Made by a program: the position numbers and the translations under genes. From an uncultured Dysgonomonadaceae bacterium (GTDB lineage: Bacteria; Bacteroidota; Bacteroidia; Bacteroidales; Dysgonomonadaceae), in assembly GCA_964437875.1 (NCBI GenBank), contig CAYTJC010000001.1, positions 1 to 28,515 on the forward strand: 28,515 nucleotides of DNA. Direction: 5' to 3'. The notes beneath the pieces were generated by a model that saw only the letters and a program-made list of their open reading frames with translations, made no database searches and was not told where the DNA came from. Shown piece after piece: positions 1 through 6,904 of the stretch. Position 1 is the first letter of the stretch, and each line of letters opens with the position of its first letter.

Positions 1-348
1 GAAATAGACCTAACACTTGCTCGTAGAGTAATAGAGCAAAGTATCAAATTTGAAGTAAAGAAAATAACTGTTCAGAAAATTCAAGATGTAGTTTGCGACT
101 ACTTCAACATTAAAAGAGACCTTATTCAATCTAGATCGCGCAAACGCGAAATTGTACAAGCAAGACAAGTGGCAATGTATTTCACGAAAGCTTATACAGA
201 ACTATCCCTTGCTCAGATTGGATCGCACATTGGAAAACGAAACCACGCAACCGTTCTTCATTCATGCAATACTGTGAAAGGATTAATAGAAGTTGACAAA
301 ACATTTCGTTCTAATGTTGAAGAAATTGAGCGAATTCTACACATTTAA
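1..348 (+). CDS. dnaA: Chromosomal replication initiator DnaA, C-terminal DNA-binding domain IV (5'-truncated by window edge)
   Basis: Not in the ORF track. Frame 1 is open from base 1 to TAA at 346-348: ...KKITVQKIQDVVCDYFNIKRDLIQSRSRKREIVQARQVAMYFTKAYTELSLAQIGSHIGKRNHATVLHSCNTV...ILHI*. This matches the DnaA domain IV signatures (SR-KR-IV-ARQ-AMY, SL--IG, R-H-TVLH). Confidence 0.96.
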   Translation, partial: EIDLTLARRVIEQSIKFEVKKITVQKIQDVVCDYFNIKRDLIQSRSRKREIVQARQVAMYFTKAYTELSLAQIGSHIGKRNHATVLHSCNTVKGLIEVDKTFRSNVEEIERILHI

Positions 349-453
349 TCCATCGATTCAACAAGTTAAGTTTTCATTGCGTATTAATTCCTACTTGTAA
401 GGCGAAGATAAACCTATATATTTAGATGAGATTATAGAACCAACACCTTTGCT

Positions 454-1698
454 ATGCGCAAAATACTTTTTATACTATACTTACTTTTAACGTGGAGTTT
501 ATCAGCACAGCAATCACTTAAGATTGCTGTTATAAGTGACACACACTTTCTCTCTACGAAACTAATTAGCCCAGGAGCTGCTCTACACATCTTTGAGACC
601 TCCACTGGACGAAATACCAAAGACTTACACCAAGTTCTCAATCAAGTATTTTCAGAACTAAAAAAACATCAACCCGATATACTTCTGATAACGGGCGATA
701 TTACTAACAATGGAGAACGTGATAGCCACATTGACTTCACAGCTAAATTAAAACCTCTAGCGGAACATGGCACACGTATTTTTGTAGTGCCTGGCAATCA
801 TGATGTGAATGTTCCCAATGCAAAAGCGTATGTGGGAGACAAATCAACAGCATCTTCAGGTATATCTGCAGAAGAGTTTGAGCAAATATACGCTCCGTAT
901 GGATATGCAGATGCAACAAGACAAGACACAACCTCGCTGAGCTATTTGGCAGAACTAAATGATAGTACTTGGCTTTTAAGTATCGATAGCAACAAACACA
1001 AGGAATACACCACTACAACTATTTCGGGAGGCAGAATTCTTCCAGAAACTATGCGCTGGTCGCTTGATATACTGCAAGAGGCCAAATCAAAAGGCATTCT
1101 TGTATTGGGCATGATGCATCATGGATTGGTAGAACACATGCCTTATCAATCTACTTTTATGCCAAACTACTTGATTGATAACTGGGAAAGGAATGCTGAG
1201 ATATTAGCAGACAATGGCCTCCAAATAATGTTCACTGGGCATTTTCACTCTAATGATATTACACTGCTCACCACACCAAAAGGAAACACTATATACGATA
1301 TAGAGACAGGCAGCTTGGCAGGATATCCATTTCCCTACAGATTGATGACATTGCAAAATAACAAACTGAACATTGAAAGCTTTTTTGTAGATTCATTACC
1401 AGGCAAACCCCACTTGCAAGATGAGTACCGCATAAAAGCTGAAAAGATAGCTCGCAGTGTGGCTCAATCTAAAATAGAATCAATGTCATTGCCCATTCCT
1501 GCAAAAATGAAAAGTGCAGTGATAGATTTGATTGTGAAAATGCAAATACTCCACATGAAAGGCGACGAAAAAATGGATGCAGAGATGCTGAAGATGATTG
1601 AGCAACTAAGTGATTTAATGGGCGATCCCGATGCAGATTTCTCTTCGTTCAGTCTTGACTTCCCACCCGCAGATAACTTTCTTGAAATAGCCTTATGA
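454..1698 (+). CDS. Exported calcineurin-like metallophosphoesterase
   Basis: All five metallophosphoesterase motifs in order: ISDTH, TGDITNNG, GNHD, MHH, GHFH. The N-terminus MRKILFILYLLLTWSLSA-QQ looks like a Sec/SPI signal peptide. Substrate cannot be inferred. Confidence 0.85.
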   Translation: MRKILFILYLLLTWSLSAQQSLKIAVISDTHFLSTKLISPGAALHIFETSTGRNTKDLHQVLNQVFSELKKHQPDILLITGDITNNGERDSHIDFTAKLKPLAEHGTRIFVVPGNHDVNVPNAKAYVGDKSTASSGISAEEFEQIYAPYGYADATRQDTTSLSYLAELNDSTWLLSIDSNKHKEYTTTTISGGRILPETMRWSLDILQEAKSKGILVLGMMHHGLVEHMPYQSTFMPNYLIDNWERNAEILADNGLQIMFTGHFHSNDITLLTTPKGNTIYDIETGSLAGYPFPYRLMTLQNNKLNIESFFVDSLPGKPHLQDEYRIKAEKIARSVAQSKIESMSLPIPAKMKSAVIDLIVKMQILHMKGDEKMDAEMLKMIEQLSDLMGDPDADFSSFSLDFPPADNFLEIAL

Positions 1699-2318
1699 GA
1701 AATAAAATTGAAAGAGAACTTCTCTCCTCGTGCATGCAAAAAGGGAGAGTAGAAGCGGGATGCGATGAAGCTGGGAGAGGTTGCTTGTCGGGGCCTGTGT
1801 TTGCAGCAGCTGTTATATTGCCCCCCAACTTTAAGTGCGAGGCACTGAACGACTCCAAACAACTATCGGAAAAGACACGCAATGAATTGCGGGTAATTAT
1901 TGAAAGTGAAGCCACTGCTTATGCAGTAGCAAGTTGCTCTCCACATGAGGTTGACGAGATGAATATCTTGTGGGCTTCTGTTGAAGCTATGCATCGGGCA
2001 ATAGCAAAGCTAGAGCTAAAGCCTCAACATATATTAGTAGATGGAAATAGATTCAAGCCCTACGAGGATATCTCCCACACTTGTGTTGTGAAAGGCGACA
2101 GCAAGTTCATGTCAATTGCAGCTGCATCTGTATTAGCAAAGACCTACCGCGACGAATACATGAAGAATCTACACAAAGAGTTTCCACAATATGATTGGCA
2201 TAAAAACAAAGGATACCCCACACGTGCCCATCGTGAAGCCATTGCAGGATGTGGCATAACATGCCATCATAGAAAAACATTCAATCTTACACAAAGCAAT
2301 GTTGACAAAGAGGAGTAG
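1695..2318 (+). CDS. rnhB: Ribonuclease HII
   Basis: Motifs GCDEAGRG, LNDSKQL, VDGN, KGDSKFMSIAAASVLAK, KNKGYPT. ATGA overlap with the upstream stop at 1695-1698. Confidence 0.96.
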   Translation: MRNKIERELLSSCMQKGRVEAGCDEAGRGCLSGPVFAAAVILPPNFKCEALNDSKQLSEKTRNELRVIIESEATAYAVASCSPHEVDEMNILWASVEAMHRAIAKLELKPQHILVDGNRFKPYEDISHTCVVKGDSKFMSIAAASVLAKTYRDEYMKNLHKEFPQYDWHKNKGYPTRAHREAIAGCGITCHHRKTFNLTQSNVDKEE

Positions 2319-2344
2319 CATAAGTAAACTACTTGCTTCCTCTC

Positions 2345-4474
2345 CTACTCTTCCACTTCTTTCATAGATAGTTGAACTCGTTTACGCTCAATATCTACCG
2401 ACAACACTTTCACTTTAACGTATTGATGCAATGAAACCACTTCGGTAGGGTTGGATATGAACCTGTTGGCCAATTCTGAAATGTGCACCAATCCATTCTC
2501 TTTAATACCAACATCCACGAAGCATCCAAAGTTGGTGATATTAGTAACAATACCAGGCAAAACCATTTCTTCTTTTAAATCAGTAATAGTTTTGACTGCT
2601 TGATTGAACTCAAAAGTCTCCACTTTGCTACGAGGGTCACGTCCTGGCTTCTCCAACTCTTCCAGAATATCATTCAATGTTGCTAGTCCAATTGTATCTG
2701 ATGTATATTTATTTAAATCAATCTTTTCTTTCAACGATGTATCGTTGATTAATTTCTCGACAGTACTGTTCATGTCCTTAGCTATTTTCTCCACCACGTG
2801 ATAACTCTCTGGATGTACAGCTGAGTTGTCCAACAAGTTCTTAGCATCGGGAATGCGTAAAAAACCTGCACACTGCTCAAAAGCCTTTGCACCCAATCGG
2901 GGAACTTTCATCAACTGCTTGCGAGACTCGAAAGCCCCATTCTCTGTGCGATAATCCACAATATTTTGTGCCAGTGACTCTCCCAATCCAGATACATATA
3001 CAAGCAAATGCTTGCTCGCAGTATTCAAGTTCACTCCCACTAGGTTTACACAGCTCTCAACCGTTTGGTCCAATGACTTTTTCAATTTTCCTTGATCCAC
3101 ATCGTGCTGATACTGCCCCACTCCAACAGCTTTCGGATCTATCTTCACCAATTCTGCCAATGGGTCGCATAATCTACGGCCAATGGAAACTGCTCCTCTC
3201 ACCGTTACATCATATTCGGGAAATTCCTCACGTGCAATTTTAGAGGCGGAGTAAACAGATGCTCCATTCTCACTCACCACAAACACCTTCACTTCTGTTT
3301 CGTAGCGTAAATTAGTGATAAAACGTTCCGTTTCTCTACTAGCAGTACCATTGCCAATGGATATTGCATCAATCTTGTAAGTAGCTACCAACTTCACAAT
3401 TTTATTGCCGGCTTTCGAGAATTCATTTCTTGGAGGATGGGGATATATCGTTTCGTTGTGCAAAAGCGAACCCTGTTCATCCAAACAGACCACCTTGCAA
3501 CCACTTTTGAATCCAGGATCAATAGCAAGCACTCGTTTCTGCCCCAGTGGTGCAGCTAACAACAGTTGACGCATATTCTCTGCAAAAACAGCAATAGCAG
3601 CTTCATCCGCTTTCTCTTTTGAGAGAGTGGCAAACTCCGTTTCCATTGATGGTTTCATCAATCGTTTGTAGCCATCTTTCACAGCATCTTCTACATAAGT
3701 AGCTGCTTCTGAAGAGTTGGTTACAAAACGCTGTATTAACCTATTTGTGCAATGCTCATCGTCAGGAGAAATAGCGACCCTCAAAAAACCTTCAGTTTCT
3801 CCACGCCGAATTGCCAACAACCTGTGTGAAGGACAACGTGAAAGTAATGATGAGAAATCAAAATAGTCTTTGTATTTTTCACCCTCTTCCTCTTTCCCTT
3901 TTATCACCTTAGAGGTTATCTCTGCGCTTCTCTCAAAAATGCTACGCACATCTTGTCGGGCACGTGCATCTTCGTTCACCCACTCAGCAATAATGTCAGA
4001 AGCTCCTTTCAAAGCATCTTCAGTAGTTTTCACTTCATCCGACAGGAAAGCTTTGGCTCTATCAGTAGGCACTCCATACTGTTGTCTCATCAGCCATGTA
4101 GCCAGATCCTCCAATCCTTTCTTACGTGCCATCTCAGCACGTGTCTGTCGTTTAGATTTGTAGGGCAAGTAAAAATCTTCCAGTTCTGTAGTGTCCCAAC
4201 AGTTTTCAATTTTATCGTTCAACTCGGGAGTCATTTTATCTTGCTCTGTGATAGTAGCTACAATAAAACCCTTTCTTTTTTGAAGTTCTTTGTAGCTATC
4301 GTTGAGCATCTTTATGTTTTCGACAGCTACTTCGTCAAGTCCGCCAGTGGCTTCTTTGCGATAACGACTAATGAAAGGGATAGTTGCACCTTCTTGCAAA
4401 AGTGCTATAGTACTCTCAACATTATTGAATGAAAGATTGAGAGATTTTGAAATGAGTAAAGATATTATAGACAT
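2345..4474 (-). CDS. tex: Tex (YhgF/Spt6-like) RNA-binding transcription accessory protein
   Basis: N-terminal EGATIPFISRYRKE, YqgF-like AIDPGFKSGCK, RRLCDPLAELVKIDPKAVGVGQYQHD, HhH region, C-terminal S1 domain (NITNFGCFVDVG...GLVHISE). Confidence 0.95.
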   Translation of the reverse strand: MSIISLLISKSLNLSFNNVESTIALLQEGATIPFISRYRKEATGGLDEVAVENIKMLNDSYKELQKRKGFIVATITEQDKMTPELNDKIENCWDTTELEDFYLPYKSKRQTRAEMARKKGLEDLATWLMRQQYGVPTDRAKAFLSDEVKTTEDALKGASDIIAEWVNEDARARQDVRSIFERSAEITSKVIKGKEEEGEKYKDYFDFSSLLSRCPSHRLLAIRRGETEGFLRVAISPDDEHCTNRLIQRFVTNSSEAATYVEDAVKDGYKRLMKPSMETEFATLSKEKADEAAIAVFAENMRQLLLAAPLGQKRVLAIDPGFKSGCKVVCLDEQGSLLHNETIYPHPPRNEFSKAGNKIVKLVATYKIDAISIGNGTASRETERFITNLRYETEVKVFVVSENGASVYSASKIAREEFPEYDVTVRGAVSIGRRLCDPLAELVKIDPKAVGVGQYQHDVDQGKLKKSLDQTVESCVNLVGVNLNTASKHLLVYVSGLGESLAQNIVDYRTENGAFESRKQLMKVPRLGAKAFEQCAGFLRIPDAKNLLDNSAVHPESYHVVEKIAKDMNSTVEKLINDTSLKEKIDLNKYTSDTIGLATLNDILEELEKPGRDPRSKVETFEFNQAVKTITDLKEEMVLPGIVTNITNFGCFVDVGIKENGLVHISELANRFISNPTEVVSLHQYVKVKVLSVDIERKRVQLSMKEVEE

Positions 4475-4514
4475 AGTTCAATAGAAAAATGGGTTCTTAA
4501 AATTGTACGAGATA

Positions 4515-4522
4515 CAAAAGTA
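4515..4522 (-). promoter_or_regulatory. Bacteroidota sigma-A -7 box (TACTTTTG) for tex
   Basis: Plus-strand CAAAAGTA reads TACTTTTG on the minus strand and matches TAnnTTTG, about 40 nt upstream of the tex start. Confidence 0.55.
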
Positions 4523-4575
4523 AAGAAAAACGACCAATTAAAATATTCTTTGTTAAACGACTTAATAATTATGAT

Positions 4576-4583
4576 TACCTTTG
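4576..4583 (+). promoter_or_regulatory. Bacteroidota sigma-A -7 box (TACCTTTG) for radA
   Basis: Exact TAnnTTTG, 21 nt before the ATG at 4605. A TTTG at 4549-4552 could be the -33 element, with a slightly long spacer. Confidence 0.6.
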
Positions 4584-4604
4584 TTACAACAAGAAAAACA
4601 AAGT

Positions 4605-5975
4605 ATGGCAAAACTAAAATCAGTATATTTCTGCAGCAGTTGCGGCAACGAATCACCCAAATGGATGGGCAAATGCCCTGCCTGTGGCGAGTGGGGTACA
4701 TTTGTAGAAGAGTTGATACGCAAAGAAACCGCAGCTGCAAAACAAGAAGACACCCGATCCTTTTCTTCTGGCAAGAACACTCCTCAACCCTTAAAAGATA
4801 TAAGAGCAGACGAAGAGCCTCGCATTGACATGCAGGACAATGAGTTGAACCGTGTGCTAGGTGGTGGTCTTGTACCTGCATCTTTGGTGCTTATTGGTGG
4901 CGAGCCTGGTATTGGCAAGTCAACATTAGTGCTGCAAACCATACTGAAACTACAATCCATCAAATCGCTCTACATTTCGGGCGAGGAGAGTGCAAGACAA
5001 TTAAAACTAAGAGCAGAACGCCTGAACATAGAAAACGACAACTGCCTCATAGTGTGTGAAACGAATCTCGATCATATTTTTGGTCACATCAAAAACACCA
5101 ATCCCCAGTTGGTGATTATCGATTCCATTCAAACCATGTATCTCGATTCTATGGAATCGTCTCCAGGCAGTATTTCGCAAGTACGCGAATGTGCTTCTGC
5201 GATACTTAAGTTTGCAAAACAATCGGGTATCCCTGTATTGATGGTAGGACATATCACCAAAGATGGCAGCATTGCAGGTCCCAAAGTTTTGGAACATATA
5301 GTAGACACAGTACTTCAATTTGAGGGAGACCAGCACTATATGTACAGAATACTGCGTAGCATAAAAAATCGCTTTGGTAGCACTGCAGAGTTGGGTATAT
5401 ACGAGATGATTCAATCGGGATTGCGCGAAGTGAGCAACCCATCGGAAATGTTGCTAACCAAGAACCACGAGGAACTAAGTGGATCAACTATTTCGGCTAC
5501 CATTGAAGGTGTTCGCCCTTTCTTAATTGAAACACAATCATTGGTAAGTTCTGCTGCTTATGGCAATCCACAACGATCGGCTACTGGTTTTGATATTCGC
5601 AGAATGAATATGCTACTCGCTGTATTGGAAAAACGTGCAGGTTTTAAATTAGCACAAAAAGATGTCTTTTTGAATATTGCAGGAGGACTCAAAATAAACG
5701 ACCCTGGCATGGACTTGTCGGTTATTAGCGCAGTGCTATCATCTAGTTTAGATATTGCAGTTGCCAAAGACACTTGTTTGGCTGGCGAGGTGGGTCTGTC
5801 GGGCGAGATTCGCCCTGTCAATCGAATTGAGCAACGCATCTTTGAAGCAGAAAAACTTGGTTTCTCGCGTATTATTGTACCCGACAATAACTTGAAGGGT
5901 TTCACATCTAAGGTATCCATCAAGATTGAAACAGTTCGGAAGGTAGAAGAGGCTTTTAGACTACTATTTTCTTAA
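4605..5975 (+). CDS. radA: DNA repair protein RadA/Sms
   Basis: C4 zinc finger (CSSC...CPAC), Walker A GEPGIGKS, Walker B VIIDS, KNRFG motif, Lon-like C-terminus. Start moved from TTG 4581, which lies inside the promoter box, to ATG 4605 (MAKLKSVYFC). Confidence 0.97.
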   Translation: MAKLKSVYFCSSCGNESPKWMGKCPACGEWGTFVEELIRKETAAAKQEDTRSFSSGKNTPQPLKDIRADEEPRIDMQDNELNRVLGGGLVPASLVLIGGEPGIGKSTLVLQTILKLQSIKSLYISGEESARQLKLRAERLNIENDNCLIVCETNLDHIFGHIKNTNPQLVIIDSIQTMYLDSMESSPGSISQVRECASAILKFAKQSGIPVLMVGHITKDGSIAGPKVLEHIVDTVLQFEGDQHYMYRILRSIKNRFGSTAELGIYEMIQSGLREVSNPSEMLLTKNHEELSGSTISATIEGVRPFLIETQSLVSSAAYGNPQRSATGFDIRRMNMLLAVLEKRAGFKLAQKDVFLNIAGGLKINDPGMDLSVISAVLSSSLDIAVAKDTCLAGEVGLSGEIRPVNRIEQRIFEAEKLGFSRIIVPDNNLKGFTSKVSIKIETVRKVEEAFRLLFS

Positions 5976-6056
5976 TCAAGGGAGCTATTACATCTAATTG
6001 ACTTCTTTTTTGAAGCAATATAATCGGTTATATTTTTTTTAATCTAAAAATAATAC

Positions 6057-6064
6057 TATCTTTG
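6057..6064 (+). promoter_or_regulatory. Bacteroidota sigma-A -7 box (TATCTTTG) for tRNA-Cys
   Basis: Exact TAnnTTTG followed by CA, 21 nt upstream of the tRNA 5' end. Confidence 0.65.
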
Positions 6065-6085
6065 CAACCGCTTTTCAAAAGCACT

Positions 6086-6156
6086 GGTACCTTGGCCGAG
6101 TGGTTAGGCAACGGTCTGCAAAACCGTGTACGGCGGTTCGAATCCGCCAGGTACCT
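6086..6156 (+). tRNA. tRNA-Cys (GCA)
   Basis: Acceptor stem GGTACCT/AGGTACC, D-stem GCC/GGC, anticodon arm ACGGT-CTGCAAA-ACCGT, T-arm GGCGG-TTCGAAT-CCGCC, discriminator U as expected for tRNA-Cys. CCA is not encoded. Confidence 0.98.
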
Positions 6157-6168
6157 CTCAAAATAGAT

Positions 6169-6218
6169 AAGTTCCAAAACATTGTTTAGTAAATAAACAG
6201 GTTTTGGAACTTTTTTTA
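6169..6218 (+). terminator. Rho-independent terminator-like hairpin after tRNA-Cys
   Basis: AAGTTCCAAAAC (6169-6180) pairs with GTTTTGGAACTT (6201-6212). Inner stem TGTTTA/TAAACA, followed by a T-run. Confidence 0.65.
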
Positions 6219-6435
6219 TTTAGTCATGCTGACTACTCTCCTTACTTTGCGCATATTATCATATTGCACACAAGAACTTTAGTTGTAAGTTTAGATTATT
6301 CTTAAACCCACCTTTCAATGCAGTCAGCAACCCTAGAAAAACATATTTATCCTCTCAAAGCGTTTAAACTGTTTGTAAATTCTACTTTTCGACCTCTTTT
6401 CACGTCCTACAAAGAGACAAAAAAGATTTTACTAC

Positions 6436-6722
6436 GATTGAGGCCTACAAAAGTTCAAATAAAAAATATTGGAGCTTTTGTAGTAGTACAAAACCGTAAA
6501 TAAAATATATTTGGACTTTCGGAGGGGTAAGAAACCACAAATAAAAGTTATTTGAACTTTCGGAGGGGTAAGAAACCACAAATAAAAGTTATTTGAACTT
6601 TCGGAGGGCTACGAAACCATGAATAAAAGTTATTGGAGCTTTTGTAGGGGTACAAAACCATAAATAAAATATATTGGGACTTTCGGAGGCCTACAACAAC
6701 GTAAATGAAAAAAAGCAAATAT
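6436..6722. repeat. Non-coding tandem array of 41-bp imperfect palindromic units (6 complete + 1 degenerate)
   Basis: Unit starts at 6436, 6477, 6518, 6559, 6600, 6641, 6682, an exact 41-bp phase. Units 3 and 4 are identical (TTCGGAGGGGTAAGAAACCACAAATAAAAGTTATTTGAACT); units 2 and 6 differ at 4 positions. Confidence 0.93.
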
Positions 6723-6904
6723 TTTGCAGCATTAATCTGGAATATATTACTTTTTGCAAGCAATCTATTTCTCATTTAACTAAAAACAGCTATCTTAGTT
6801 TTTTAGAAACAAAAATTTAGAATACACAATCAGAAACAACTACTTATTTGTGATAGCCCAAGTCTGTTGCAAGGAAAATGTAAGTAACCCAATAAATTCG
6901 AGAT

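Noticed and set aside
349-453. oriC immediately downstream of dnaA
   Set aside because: Only 105 nt, with no TTATNCACA boxes seen. dnaN is also absent here, which is not unusual for Bacteroidota.
6140-6156. tRNA-Cys as the att site of an integrated element
   Set aside because: I found no second copy of the tRNA 3' end and no integrase in the window. A scan by eye could miss a short core.
6246-6273. dif-like site (TTTGCGCATAT resembles the E. coli XerC arm at 8/11)
   Set aside because: The XerD arm (TTATGTTAAAT) is not matched.
6531-6580. Array AAACCACA segments as DnaA boxes of an origin
   Set aside because: GAAACCACA matches TTATCCACA at only 5/9, and the CCACA is not kept in other units. 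A whole-genome GC-skew analysis would be needed to revisit this.
6436-6722. CRISPR array
   Set aside because: No constant repeat alternating with unique spacers. All 41 positions are homologous between units, two units are identical, and there are no cas genes in the window.
6318-6775. ORFs 6318..6503 (+) and 6548..6775 (-)
   Set aside because: No recognisable motifs, and they run through a repeat whose period is not a multiple of 3. Most likely chance open frames.
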